DNA from: Lingula anatina
Taxonomy: Eukaryota; Animalia; Brachiopoda
DNA: 64,000 nt
NCBI GenBank assembly: GCA_051362555.1
Contig: CM120644.1
Coordinates: 16,080,534 to 16,144,533 of the forward strand
Direction: 5' to 3'
Each line of letters begins with the position of its first letter. Position 1 is the first letter of the stretch. The notes under the pieces were generated by a model that searched no databases, had not been told where the DNA came from, and saw only the letters and a list, made by a program, of their open reading frames with translations. The position numbers and the translations under genes were made by a program. Positions 12,497 through 26,385 of the stretch are shown one piece after another.

Positions 12497-12744
<248 letters not shown>

Positions 12745-13072
12745 GCTGATGTCCTGGGCCTATGAAACAGAAAATATCTCGTGTGCACATCCACTTGACT
12801 TGCTACATAGTCTTCTCATAACTGAAGCTGCTTTCATTCCTTCATAGGCAGGTGGCCGTAAAAATTGCTAATTTTGACTGGTGAGGTGCTGGGAAATGGT
12901 ATTCAGCATTATACACATCATACAGCATCAAAGGGGTAACTCAGTCTCTACAGGGAAAGAAACAGGGAAATATTTGGGTTGTGATACAGTCCTGTGCCAG
13001 CAAAGGTGGAGTTGGGGTGGGGGTTGAATGTTGATAGCACTACCCATTTTTGGAAATTGGACAAATTTTTAC

Positions 13073-13366
13073 GATTGATTGATTGATTGATTGATTGACA
13101 GGCAGACAGACAGACAGACAGGCAGACAGACAGACAGACAAACAGACAGATATTTGGGTAGCCCTCATACTCACCAATTTAGCCAAATGCTAAAACTGAC
13201 TTAAATTGGCTAAACAAAAAGGGCTTGATCTGACTTGTTTTAGTCAAATTAGAACCATGTGAAGAACAAATTGATGATAAAGTGGTGATTTGGCTGAGAG
13301 AAAAAAATTGCTAGCACTACTGCATAGATAGATAGATAGATAGATAGATACATAAATAGATAGATA
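13073..13366. repeat. (GATT)n, (CAGA)n and (TAGA)n microsatellites around a MITE
   Basis: Direct observation. Confidence 0.9.
13155..13325 (-). mobile_element. Degenerate copy of the 4652-4825 MITE
   Basis: ccaatttagccaaatgctaaaactgacttaaattggctaa..aagggcttga..ggtgatttggct..aaattgctagc is the reverse complement of its interior. Confidence 0.7.
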
Positions 13367-13500
13367 GGCTCTGTTCAAAACCAAGTTGATCCGCAGACTA
13401 ACTGAGCAGCAGAACTAAATAATATGGCGGAACCCACTAGAAAGCTTGCTGCACAATCCCCTAATGGATTCCCCACAGGGATTATGTGGCAAAGCTTTAA
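13367..13500. mobile_element. MITE family B half copy
   Basis: ggctctgttcaaaaccaagttgatccgcagactaactga..aatatggc..cccactagaaagcttgc. Confidence 0.6.
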
Positions 13501-14569
13501 GTATTTTTATAAATTTTCTAGGATGACTTTCACTCTATTCTATCCTACCTTATGATGATTTTAGCTGTTATCAAGTCTTGTATGATTTCATGCTGCACCT
13601 ACAGCCTTGTTTAAGGCTATTTTGGCTGATCCCCACTGTGTTAAATAACTGCATATGAATTCCGTGAGTTATTGCCCGACATCTTCATATCCTTCCGGAT
13701 TTCTCAGAATTGAAATTCCTCAAAGTCTTATTTCCACACTGACAAAACTGCTGACCTTTACTTTTAAAAAACCTCATAACTCATAAGCATGCAATATACA
13801 GTACGAGCATCTGAAATTCATATTGGGGGAGTGGGGGGGGGGGGGGGGAGCAAAATATCTGGAAATTTCAGCCATTTCAACTGCATTACTATTAGGCACA
13901 CCACGTCCAAAACCATTGTGGAAATTAAGATCTGTAAACCTTAATTTGAATTTTGAGTTTCCATTTTTTGGGTCACACTTGTCTTGGAGAGAGAGAGTTG
14001 TGACAGTAAGGATTAACAAGGCAGCAAAGCTGTCAAATGTACAGACAAAAAACAGAAAATAAAGATGCAAAAAAGGTCATTTTGTCAATTTTGATGCAAT
14101 AATAAATAATGCTTATAATAGCACTGTCAGTCAACACTGAATTTTAATCTTGCACAACAGGTAACATGGTCAATAACAGGAGCGGACCCAGAGATATTTT
14201 CTGACAGTATTACAAAGTATCTATGTTGATCCATCCTCCATTTTGATGGTCTTCCAACAGAAAAAAATAGATACCAGTCAATATAAACTTAATAACCTGA
14301 CTGTCTTCAGGAAGACCCAGAAGATGGTCCACCCCTTCAATAAAATTACAGTTTCAGGACCATGAGAGTTCAAATTCACATTATGAAACTCTCAATATTT
14401 GAAAAATGATGACAGTGCATAAAATAATATTACATAATGTTTAAAGACATAAAAAACAATACAACTGCTTATGTGGAAATACAGAAAATGTGCAGAGCCC
14501 CAGGCAGATGAGAGTTAAAAGTCACAAATGCAAGTGTTTGAGAAAAAATTATAAAGGAAAACATAACAA

Positions 14570-14805
14570 AGCTAGAAAAGCACTTTGAGAGTGCAGACCT
14601 CTGCCAAGGCAGCAATTGTTGATTATTATTGATAATTGATTGATTATTGTTCCAGACCACCACCAAAAATTAATCATTGTCCTCTTTGGCCCACTTCCGA
14701 CAGTTCCTGAAAATTTCTGCAAAATCAGTCCATAACTTTTTGTGTTATGTGGATGACAGACAAACGGGGGTGAAAATATGACCTCCTTGGCAGAGCTTGA
14801 GGTAA
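14570..14805 (+). mobile_element. Short HINE-type element (family 3) nested in HINE family 2
   Basis: ctagaaaagcactttgagagtgcagacc start; subTIR ctctgccaagg (14599-14609) / ccttggcagag (14785-14795); gacagacaaac remnant; terminal acctc..gaggt hairpin. Confidence 0.72.
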
Positions 14806-15149
14806 ATATAATTCCAATGAAGATGCTATTCAAACTTTTAATCTTCCAGTTTGATATATATATATATATATATAATTTAAAACTTATTTGCAATATTAAC
14901 CAAAATTTACTTTCATAATTATCACTGCTTCCTTATTATTAATCTAGCAGAGAGCTTTACCTTAGGGAGTTTACAGGGAAATATCAACAAGTGTGCTTTA
15001 TGTAATCTCATTTAATGGCCTATTAAGGCAAATGACTTTATAACTCTGAAATTAATTCAGTGATACCCAAGGGTAATTTACAGACTGACCCACTCAAAGG
15101 TCTTTAGGCCCATAAGTCACACTTTAAGAAAAGCACAAAACCATAATGC

Positions 15150-16640
15150 CCAAAATAGGAGACTACCAATCCTGATGCAATAATACATTATGTTTAACTG
15201 CACAGTCAACATCAACTTATGCACAACAGGTAACACAGACGAAATTAAAAGCATAAGGCTTCAGGCCCATCGGAGTTCAAGTTTATACTTAGAAAGTGCC
15301 AGAATGAGAAAAATGAAAATTTCACAAAAAATGCATAAATTCAATAAAAATGATAATCCAATAGAGCTGGTTTTCTCATATGAGCTGAAGGCCAATCCTA
15401 AAAATCGTACTTGTAAGTTAAAAATGATAATAAGTAGCACAGTTTTCTTTTCATAATGTTTGCAGTAGCAGTGCAAAAAGATTGTTGTCAATTTTGATGT
15501 AACATTACATAATAAATTAGAGAATAATTATCACCAATTTTTGTTTATTGACTATAAATAGGATGGACATGTAGAAAATATGATTACCATTCGGCTTCAT
15601 GTTCATGGGAGCTCTGAGTCCCACAATGAATATGCCAAAAAGATAATGAATATTACACTAAAATGTATAGCTTCCAGAAAAAGAAGCCAATTAGACTGCT
15701 TTTCCAACTCAGGCTGCATTTTAGTCCTGTGTTTCTTTTTTGAAAGTTTGACAGTCATAAGTAACACAGTTTTCCCATAACGGTCATCAAGGCAGCAGCA
15801 CTCAAAATTGTGTTTTCTTCTATTTTGATGCAACATTACATAATGCTTAACGGCATAATGACCATCGATTTTTAATAATAAAATATAAGTGTCATGAATT
15901 TTCAGAAAATGTGACTAGCATGGGTCTTCAAGCCCGTGGAGGTTCTAAGTCACACCTTGGAAATGCCAATATGTGAAAAATTACATTTTCACAAAAAACT
16001 GTTTAATTGCCAGAAAAATTTACCAAACAGACTGCATTGCCTACTGAAGCTGTATTTTAGACCCATGTTTCTTTCCTGTAAGTTTGAGAACAGTAATTGA
16101 CACGATTTTTCTTAAATGGTCATCATGGGAGCAGTGCCCAAAACAGGGGTTTCTTCAAATTTTGATGCAACATTACATAATGTTTAACAGCATAATGACC
16201 ATCAATTTTTAATTATGAAATATTAGTATAACGCATATTCAGAAAATGTGACAAGCAAAGGTCTTCAGGATCATGGAACTTCAAAGTCATACATTGAAAA
16301 TGCCAATATGTGAAAAATTAAATTTTCACAAAAAAACTGCTTAACTACCAGAAAAATTTACCAAACAGACTGCATTGCCTACTGAAGCTGTATTTTAGTC
16401 CCATGTTTCTTTCCTGTAAGTTTGAGAACAGTAAGTGACATGACTTTCCTTAAATGGTCATCATGGGAGCAGTGCCCAAAATAGGGGTTTCTTCAAATTT
16501 TGATGCAATATTACATAATGTTTTACAGCATAATGACCATCAATTTTTAATCATAAAATATTAGTATCATGGATATTCAGAAAATGTGACTAGCAAAGAT
16601 CTGCAGGCTCATGGAACTTCAAAGTCACATCTTAAAAATG
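15150..16640. repeat. About 335-bp tandem array inside HINE family 2
   Basis: Anchor ttttgatgcaacattacataat near 15491, 15822, 16160, 16498, with a degenerate copy near 15170. Confidence 0.85.
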
Positions 16641-17049
16641 CCAAACTGTAAAAAAGACAGCACTGTTCTGAAATGGGTTTATTTCCATTTTAACACTTTT
16701 TAAACAAAACAAAATAAACAGTATACTTCCATTTTTATATGACCAACTAAGAAAATTGATGAGATGGGAAAAATATCAATAGAACAGTGTTAAATGTCCA
16801 ATTTCCTCCATTCTGAGATTCTGAACATAGTTGATGATTGAATCTAACAAACTGCAATATGATATGATATGAGTTTATTTCCATTTTTGACACTTTATTA
16901 CACAATACACGATATCAAGTTTACCATCATTTTTACATAATCAACTCACAATGTTGTAAAGATGCAGGAAATATCAAACAAACACTTTTACGTATCTTAT
17001 TAGTTAAATAATGAGACTGTTAACATGCTTAAGAATTGAATCTGAGGAA

Positions 17050-18003
17050 ATGTGAAAAAACAGCATAACTTCTAAAATAATGGCCAGATTATGCTGATTT
17101 TCCAACTCAACCTGCATTTTAGTAAGATTGACCACTCCTGTAAGTATAATGACAATTGGCCTATCTGTTTTTCTTATATAGTGTTATCAGTGTTGCATAT
17201 ATGTTGAAAAAAGTGAAAAAATAGCATAACTCCCCTAAAAATGGCTTGATCATGCTGATTTTTGAACTTGATCTGCGGATTATGAATCTTCATCAGTTTT
17301 GTAAGTTTGAAGCCAAAAAGTAAAGCTGTTTTCCACTTATCGTGTTATCGGTGCTGCATATATACTGAAAAAAGTGAAAAAAAAAACAGCATAACTTCCC
17401 TACAAGTCACCCTATCATGCTGATTTTCGAACTTGACCTGCGTATTATAAATATTTATCAGTTCTCTAAGTTTCAAGCCAAAAGCCAAAATGGTTTTCCA
17501 GTTATCGTGTTATTGGTGCTGTATATATATGCTGAAAAAAGAGAAAAAATAGCCTAAATTCACTAAAAAATGACCCAATCATGCCGATTTTCGAACTTGA
17601 CCTGCGTATTATGAATATTTATCAGTTCTGTAAGTTTCAAGCCAAAAAGTAAAATGGTTTTCTACTTATCATGTTATCAGTGCTGCATTTATGCTGAAAA
17701 AAGAGAAAAAATAGCCTAAATTTATTAAAAATGACCCAATCACGCTGATTTTCGAACTTGACCTGCGTATTATGAATATTCATCAGTTCTGTAAGTTTCA
17801 AGCCAAAAAGTAAAACAGTTTTCCACTTATCGTGTTATCGGTGCTTCATTTATGCTGAAAAAAGTGAAAAAACAGCATAAATTCCCTATAAGTGACCCGA
17901 TCATGCTGATTTTCGAACTTGACCTGCGTATTATGAATATTCATTAGTTCTGTAAGTTTCAAGCCAAAAGAAAAAACAGTTTTCCACTTATCGTGTTATC
18001 GGT
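17050..18003. repeat. About 161-165-bp tandem array (6 units) inside HINE family 2
   Basis: Anchor catgctgattttcgaacttgacctgcg at 17090, 17251, 17416, 17580, 17741, 17902. Confidence 0.93.
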
Positions 18004-18559
18004 AAAAGTGCACGGCGACGGCGACGGCGACGACGGTGACGACGGCGACGACAGACGCAGATGATGGCTATATGTACAGACACATCTGTGTCTGTACATA
18101 AAAATTAAGAACTCTACAACAAGTTTATACATTGTTATTTCAGCAGCAGTTTTGGATGGCGTATACCTCAGCAATGCATGGATAATAAATAAAACTTGCT
18201 GGTTATTTTTATTTTTGCAACATAAAGGTCTAACACACACTGTATGCCTTAAAATCATTCGATTAGTGAATAACAAGTTCATCTGAGCTGACCTTAAAAA
18301 GAGAATGCCCAGTAACATCATCTGAATGTGCTTCTACATTCCCTAAAATCCGAGTCTGCTATTCCGAACAAATGCATCAATTAACTTTTTTCAAAATGGA
18401 GGGCTTTCGGAATACCAACTTTCAGAATAGTGGACCTTCAAACCTTCAGAAAAGTGGACATTCCTAAGAGAGCCGATTTCAGATCATGGCTCCTTCAGTT
18501 TTTGGAATATCAGACCCAGGGATGAGCAGACTCTTAAAATATAGGGCTGGCCCCCGTTA

Positions 18560-18925
18560 TTCCACAAGTTAGGTCTGTGAAAGTTAATCCTCAGAGTTCA
18601 ATAAATCAAAAACTGACCTTGAACCTTCCTGAAAACATCCATTAACATTATTAAATATGCCCATTAACAATACTAGCATTTCAAAAGTCAAGTCAGTGAA
18701 AAGCTACCCTTGAGAGGTCAGTAAATCGAAAAACTGACCTTGAGCATTACTGAAAATGCCAATTTGCATTCATCACAAGGTTAGGCCAGAGAATAGCTAA
18801 ATTTGAGAGTTCAGAACATTAGAAACTGTCGCAGAACATTACTGAAAAAGTCCATTAACATTATCCCAATAGTAGGGCCAGATATATGTAGCCTTGAGAG
18901 GTCAACTTAACCTATTGAACATGAC
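18560..18925. repeat. Degenerate tandem repeat (about 90-120-bp units)
   Basis: Recurrent ttgagaggtca..aaaactgaccttga.catt.ctgaaaa..ccattaacatta. Confidence 0.65.
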
Positions 18926-21900
18926 CCCATCAGGCTGCCTCAGCTGCTAACCTCAGCTGTTAACATCAAGTTTCTGCCTATTGTGAGAGAAAATGATGGA
19001 TGATAATGACATTTCAGCCATTAATGACCCAGAGTAAGGTACCTCCTCAAAATGTTCAAATACTATATTAATACACATTCTGATATCTGATTTGTTTGTC
19101 AAGAATTATCAATTTTAGTTGACACAAAACTAGTTTAACTTAAATATTAAGAAATTTTGAATCATCATTTTCATCTCCAAGTTAATGATTTGTGGAAAGT
19201 AATAATTTTTTTTGTTAGAATTTAATGAGAAATTACCGTAGTGATCAATTTCTTTAGTTCAAATTCAGTGGGTAATTACTGTATGTGACTGTCTGTAGCA
19301 TATCGTCTGTGGTTTTATAATAAAAATCCTTCAGGGCTTTTTGTCGCCATGCATCATGCGCTCTACTTCAGAGTAATGCCCTGAGGAAGTTTTTTCCCTA
19401 CACAGTCCTATTTATGACAATCAGCCTTAATAAAAATGGTAAACTTTTTATGTTAAAAGATGCATTGCCAAAGACACCAAACATGTTTTTCCAACTGGGG
19501 CATTGACCTTAAATTGGCCTTGTTCACATAATCTGAGTTACCCACGCTGGCCCTAAATGTTAACAAGTAAAGAAAACAGTAGATAAACATGTTTAGTCTA
19601 ATTGGAGATGATTTCCTAGTTTTATCATCATTATGCAACAGTCAATGAAAATCCTACTTAGCCAACAGCGAAATAAAGAGCCTAGCCTGAAGACATGGTT
19701 GAATCAGACAAATAAAACCTTGAAAAAAAAAACATTCAGATCGGCAGTTATGAAAAATAAGCCACACAGGTCTCCTTTTGCCATACTGACTATAAATTCA
19801 AAATGGCAGCTTGTCGGAGACATTTAATAATTCACATGCAATTTTGGTAACTTCACGTAATGACTTTTTATTGTAGTCTGCAATTTCTTATGATACGTTA
19901 TGTAAAGTCTAAAGAGGCAGAGTAGGCTTGTTGACTATTCTTATTAGGAAGCCATTGATTAAGAAGTTCGTGAAGCCATTGTCTTGGTCTGATACTAATG
20001 AGTGTGATTCCCCACTAATCGTTAGAATGTACCTGAGCAAGCAACAAGTAAACATTTAATGACTGAAACTGGTAATTGTTGTCAGCATTGGATTTCCTCA
20101 TAGCGATTTACACGTAAATATTTTGACGACAAATCTGGAAGTGTTATCCAAATAAAAGTTTACAGCGATGTCTGCATTTTGAGCCTGTTGCTAAATTTGA
20201 TTCATAGCTAAATTTTGAGCAGTTCTGGACAAGTCTCTTGGACCCACTTATCACAACTTCCAACACATCCTTGACAATTTCATCAGTCATGACTGGTAGG
20301 ACCAATGGTCGCCATATGAGTTCACAATATTTGTCATTATTTGTCACCAATTGAGGAACATCCAGATATAAGCATGGGTTAAAAAAATTGGACTCCTTCC
20401 TACCCGATCTACCTTAGGTTCCAGATTTCGGTATTGCTAGCTTGATCTTGATTTCATATATAACCCACATCAGCGATACCATACTGTAAAACTAATACAT
20501 GAAAAGGTATAGTGATCAAGCCAGCTTTACAGTGCCCCAACTCTGGGGTGGCCTGGGTACATGTTAAGTGGGACATTTTTCTGTAATTTCACATAATGTC
20601 TTTGTTTATAGTATGTAATTCTTCATACTAGTACATTTATGTGTAAAGTCTGAAGAGGTAAAGCAGTGGTCTGACACACTGTTAAGCTGATTAAGAAGTC
20701 CAAAAATCATTAGTCTTGGTTTGAGATTAAAGAGTGGATGGTGAGCAAGTACCCTTGCAAGCAACAGGTAAACAATGATTAAAACTGGTTAAGCTGGTTG
20801 TGTGTTGGATTTCCTAATGACAATAAACGCATAAATATTTGAACCACGAATGTACATAAACCTGAACTGCCTTAGAAACTATCAAAATTGAATTTCAAAT
20901 CTTGGAGATTTGTGACCCTACTGAAAAAGCTCAGCTCTGATGTAAGGCTATGAAATGTTAAAGCATGACTGCAACTGTTATCTATCTACTGTCTCGTGTC
21001 TTGCATGTTTAATTTCTCAGCAGCTCTTAAAATCATTAATTACCATGCATTGCTTTATTGAGCTGTCTTTTGCATGTGACGGTATTTTGGTAAATGACGG
21101 ATCTAAATCACACATTTCCTCTAAAATCACACATGTAAGTTGCTGTTAATTTGAAAACTATGGATACAAGGCGACTCAAAGTAATATTTTTGTTTAGTAA
21201 TAGTATCAAGTACAGGTTGCCCTCAGTCCAATATGAAAAGTCAAGTCCAACAATTTTTGTTGCAGTTGTTATAATAAACTACTTAAACATACCTTCATTG
21301 CTTTGAAAAAATGTAAAGTACATATTTCTTGCCAGATTTGGACTTCCCAAGGAAAAAAAAAAACACTGATAATACATCTTTGTTTTCAAAAGATAAAGGA
21401 AATTCTCTACGGAAACTTGTCTGCATTGAGATTGAATTACATCATCATCCCGCATGCAACAGCTCCCAAAGTCAGACTTCTTTTTTTTTAAGTATCATGC
21501 ATATTTTACATATCATCAAAATTATCTTGGCAAACTGTACTACATCTCAGCCAGCAGACAAATTAATAAGAATAATAATTATATCAAGATCGCAACCCAG
21601 TGGGTTAAGTTGTATATAAAATGATAATAATATTGCAATAATTATAAAATGTTATATGTTTGAATGAAACTAAGTTAAAAGACTGCTACAGTAACTGGAA
21701 CTCTAAAATTACTGTAGGATAAAAGACATTCTACTATTAGAAATTTAAGCCAGTCTTTTTGAGTTTACATTGCTCTACAGTTAATACTGCACAACAAGCT
21801 GGGGAGGCATATTCTAGAGTATTTCAACGTACTCCTTTGATATATGTCACTACATCACGCAAGACCCGATGTATTACATAATGTAACAAACAGAAAAGCT

Positions 21901-21954
21901 GTTCCCACTATTATATTACAAAATGAGGGAATATTACAGCCTTATAATATTAGC

Positions 21955-22198
21955 ATGATTCACGTCAGCCCAGCAAATGTATACTAACTGCACGGGGACT
22001 CTCGCTGAAGGCAATTTGATTAACAGACCTACATGCCTCTTCTTATTTCTAATGTACTAGCTATAGTATGATCACCAGCTTTTTCTATATTCTACTCCAT
22101 GCCTGGAGGAGGCCTGTTAATTTATTAATCTGATCGCACCCATTCAGTGAGTGTCCCCATTGAGTTAGTGCCCATCAGCTAGGTCGACACAAATCATT
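21955..22198. mobile_element. Degenerate foldback MITE (family A-related)
   Basis: ggggactctcgctgaa / ttcagtgagtgtcccc and ttaacagacct / aggcctgttaa inverted pairs; shares motifs with the 38778 and 48492 copies. Confidence 0.6.
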
Positions 22199-23428
22199 GT
22201 AAACGACTCCTCACAAAGGCTTAAGATGAAATCGAAAGCTCAGAAGCAGATTAAAAAAAAAAAAAACTGTGAAGAAGTCTAACAGTTTTACTCTAATAAA
22301 AACTTTCCAACGCAGTCAGATTTTCTTCACAATAGTACCTCTTGACATCTCTTTTAATTTTGTTTTGTCCTCAATTTGATAAAAAAATTGCTACCATATG
22401 GTGACATTGCATTATGGTAGTATATATATAGCTCTGCCACCTTTCAGTTTTACTCACGTGTCTGACCATGTCCGACCACGACTTGAAGTTACATGATGGG
22501 CTGACCAATGCCCTACATTTAAACCTAGAGGTCACTGAACTGACCACCACCTGGTCATTCAAGCTCACTTGGTGTGGGACAATTTAATTTGTCACAGGGC
22601 ACAGCGTCACAAAAGAACTTCAGCCAAAAAAAAATTTGTAGAAATACTAAGACCACAATTTGGGCCTTCTTCCACTCCAAATGAATGCATTGCTGGCCAC
22701 TTACAGTACCTATATAATATCTAAGCAGTGGTCTGAATTATAAGCCATGTCTTGCTTGCTATAGAACACTCCTGGATACAATGTTTTATTTAAGAAATTG
22801 CCTGTAAATCTAAGTAATAAGATATATGAGAGGGCGATTTTGAAGGCGACCTGACTGGATAAATTTACAAAAGATGTAGAGACAATGACAAACAATACTT
22901 CCCCTTATGAAAGTAATTGGACTATTGCTAATTTTTCTTAATTAAAATCTGACTACAATGAGGGCCTTCAAGTTCAGACCAATTTTCTTTCTTTCTGGAA
23001 AAAGTTATTTTTAAGGCAGACTCTAGATGAACTTTTACTAAAATCAGAATACAGTGCATGCAAGCCTACCTTGACAGCCAATCAATCATGATGATTTATT
23101 TTTTACTTATTTATTTATTTTACTTATTTATTTTATTTATTTATTTTTTTTTTTTTTGGGGGGGGGGGCTTAAATTCCCAAGGCACAAAGGACCAGCATA
23201 CAAATACATAGCAAAGAGTGCACAGCATTTTTTATCAATCTGGTCAAGCGTTGCTGTTTCATTTCAAATAAAGTCATAAATGACTGGTCTGATTATATTC
23301 TTCCCATAATTTGTCTTGGTTAAAAAGTCTTAATAACATCTGAACATCTTATAAGCTCATTTTCTCTACTTGTAGATTATTCTCCTCCCTAATGTAACTG
23401 CACTTAAGAGCAGTTAATAATGGTCATA

Positions 23429-23618
23429 GGCTCTATTCACAACCAAAGCTGATCCACAGACTAATAAATTAATCGATCAAATATGGCTGACCCACTTGAA
23501 AGCTTGCCACATTATTCCCACGGAGAATCTTTTCAGTGTCTATTAAGGGATTATGCATTTAATTTTCCAGTGAGTCAGCCATATTTGATCTGCTGATCAA
23601 GTGTTTGTGAATACGGCC
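23429..23618. mobile_element. MITE family B
   Basis: ggctctattcacaa ... ttgtgaatacggcc; gatcaaatatggctgac / gtcagccatatttgatc. Confidence 0.78.
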
Positions 23619-25148
23619 TTATTGTGCTTAAACCTTGGCATCTCACGACTAAAAATAAAGAAAAACTGATACAGAAAACACCTACGCCATCATACCTGAT
23701 ATAAGAATATAAAGAACCCACATCACCTGAGAATGCCTCCACAGAGATTGGTAAGAGAAAAAATATCAATTCATACAAAATCTCATCAATCATGCCTTCA
23801 GAAAACCTGTAAGTCCCTCCCAACTTTTGATCCAGATGAAATGGATTTCGGACATGCTGAAACTGTCTGTCTGTGTCCGATTGTGAAGTGATGACCATGA
23901 CCAGCAAAATTGGTCTGGACCAGTAAAAAATGTATACTTAGTTGATCAAAAGGACTGACAAGACCCATCTGATATATGTGCTCTTCTTTTTTTTTTTTGT
24001 TTTTTAAGTTGAATTTCTTAGCTCCTTAGCTGATTTAAATTTTCAACATGGCAAAGATTACATTGGATCAAAATTTGATAAAGAATGGAACATTTCTTGC
24101 ATAAAGGATCATTGACCGTTCTCTCAGACACCCCACTGGGCACCCCCCCCCCTCCCACGCCTACAATCTGATCTTATAACAATTCTTAAGGCTGAAGTAT
24201 ACAAGGAATATCTGTTCCCCATTCAACAGAAAAACAGTATGCACATTCTACTTATTAGTTAGTCATATAAATCAAATTGTTAATTAATTTCTGCTATTAT
24301 AATAATTGTAATATACATGTTATTACTTGCTTAATAATCGTTTCAAAAACGTTCTCTCTTGTTCAGGTACAGGGGGATAAGTACTTAGTAAATGCTATGT
24401 ACTTATTTGCCTGTAGTATATTTTTGATACACATTTGTTGTGTTGAGAAGTGTGTTACCTAATATTGGGAAAATCAATGTTATTAAGTTATAGTCACTGT
24501 GGCATGACATGTTTTCCTTTGCTTCATGCATTACACACCCAACTGTGGTTATGTATACTTGGCTGCATTTCTGGCATTGATTTTATATATGTATGTGAGA
24601 GTTTTTGTGCAAATTGTGTCTATGTTCAATTTTTACTTACAAAAAAATGTTAACTTTTTATAACGTTTAATTACAGTAATTGCAGAAGCAAAGTGGCTTT
24701 GTTTGACAGTACAATGTTTCCAGTAATATTTCAATTACAAATGCAAAATGGGTAAATATATGCGGTACATATGTACCTCTATATAAATATACTTGACTGT
24801 CATCGGCCTCTCATTAATACACCATTTTGGGGTTAATAGCTACATTAATTCTGGTTGTCACGGCAACAAATGTCTGATATTTACAACCACAAAGCTTGTT
24901 ATGATGTATGTGCATGACGGAGAAACAAAAGGCTTATTCACCTCCAGCATTATATGACTTAATAATACATATATGTACTCGTATGTTAACAGTGATTGGC
25001 TCCATATAATGGCCTGCCTATCTAGTAAGATTGTTACGTAATTGGAAACGCCCCTTTCACCTGCGAACTCCAAACAGCCTATTAATCAACAAAACAGAAG
25101 GAAGCAACTCATATAAGGGATGAAATTGGCCCCTGTAGGATCATGATA

Positions 25149-25306
25149 CAGGCCCATAGCCAGCAATTTCAAAAGGGGGGTTCTTTTTCTGAAAAAGTGG
25201 ATCTTTTCCCATAAAAACTTTATGTACCTAGATCAAATTTTACCCAGAGTGGACCTTTTCCCAACAAAAGGGGCGGTTCATTCAAATCCCAATGGCTACG
25301 GGCCTG
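25149..25306. mobile_element. hAT-like MITE with 5-bp flanking direct repeat
   Basis: caggcccatagcca / tggctacgggcctg TIRs; tgata on both sides. Confidence 0.72.
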
Positions 25307-25982
25307 TGATACAGTAGTTATTTTCGAAACATACAGGTTCAGTTGTATAGCTATACAGATATAATGTTCATAAATAATCTTAAAACATTTCATGAGCTCA
25401 CTTTGATGAAAAGTTGTAATTTCTAGATAAGTTTAACTTTTTTGTGTGTTTTCCAAATCCTAAGTTCTCTGTGATTCTTAAAGAGATAATGTATTATTGG
25501 ACAGAGACAAATGTGAAATGCAACAAATTAACAATAATAATCATTATTAAGTTTTATTCAATAAAGAGACTTGTTTGTGTTATTGTTTCAAAGAGTAACA
25601 TTGACTGCGTTTTGCAATAACAGCCCTTCAGTAATGAAAGAATGCAAAATTTTGCAGACGCCTATAAGCAATCGATACAGGCTGAATAATTCTCAGTATA
25701 ATGTTATCAAATTCACTGGTGGATCTGTAATTTTGCAGGAGATGGGACGAGGGAGGGGAGAGAAAGGTGGGTAAAAAAACTTAGTTTGCTTCATGTAGGA
25801 AATATAACATTGTGATATCTGCATGACTGTTTTAGAGATCACTTATTTAATTTATGTTGACTTCTTTCCACATTGGAACGTACATAAGTCTGAAACGGTG
25901 AAAATAATGAGTTGAAACAAAATTATTCAAACATTACTTTTTTGCCAGAAAACCCAATTGTTAATTTTTTTTTTACCCACCA

Positions 25983-26385
25983 GATGGCCTTGTGGTCAGA
26001 GTTCATGCCTCTGGAGCAGGAGAACATGAGTTTGACCTTGTCAGGGGACTGATCAGTTCTCATAAACCACACATAAGCCTACATTAAAAAAAAACAAACT
26101 CTTAACATTTATCATTTTATTGCAGATCTTGATGAATCTCAGGAACCATCAGAGTTGGATTAATAAAAAAACGCGGAATTCTGCATTTCCGCAGAAAAAG
26201 CTCATGTCTGTTAAAGAGTGCCTGATGTCTTCCCATTTGGCACTCAGCACATAAGGGGTTGAAGCAGGAGTAAAGTTCCCAGGCTGGCAGTGAAGGATGT
26301 TGCTGGTATGCTAGCTAGCTTTCAGCGCCTGATACTACAGCGGAGCTGTATCCTCCCCAGGGAGATAAAAAAAGTCTGAATATGC
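25983..26385 (+). mobile_element. Degenerate tRNA-derived SINE, interrupted by an unrelated fragment
   Basis: A-box-like tggccttgtgg (25985), B-box-like gagtttgacc (26028); SINE-body-like ttggcactcagca..aaggg and ctgtatcctccccagggag segments (recalled similarity, not searched). Confidence 0.45.

Larger units (their letters stand above)
14015..18105 (+). mobile_element. HINE-type element family 2, about 4.1-kb copy with two internal tandem arrays
   Basis: Starts aacaaggcagcaaagctgtc; subTIR atgtacagaca (14037-14047) matches the perfect 14-bp terminal hairpin tatgtacagacaca-tc-tgtgtctgtacata (18071-18100); (gacggc)n before the hairpin; homologous to 58633-62172. Confidence 0.8.

Noticed and set aside
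25983-26045. tRNA gene
   Set aside because: Only degenerate A/B boxes and no cloverleaf; better explained as a SINE head
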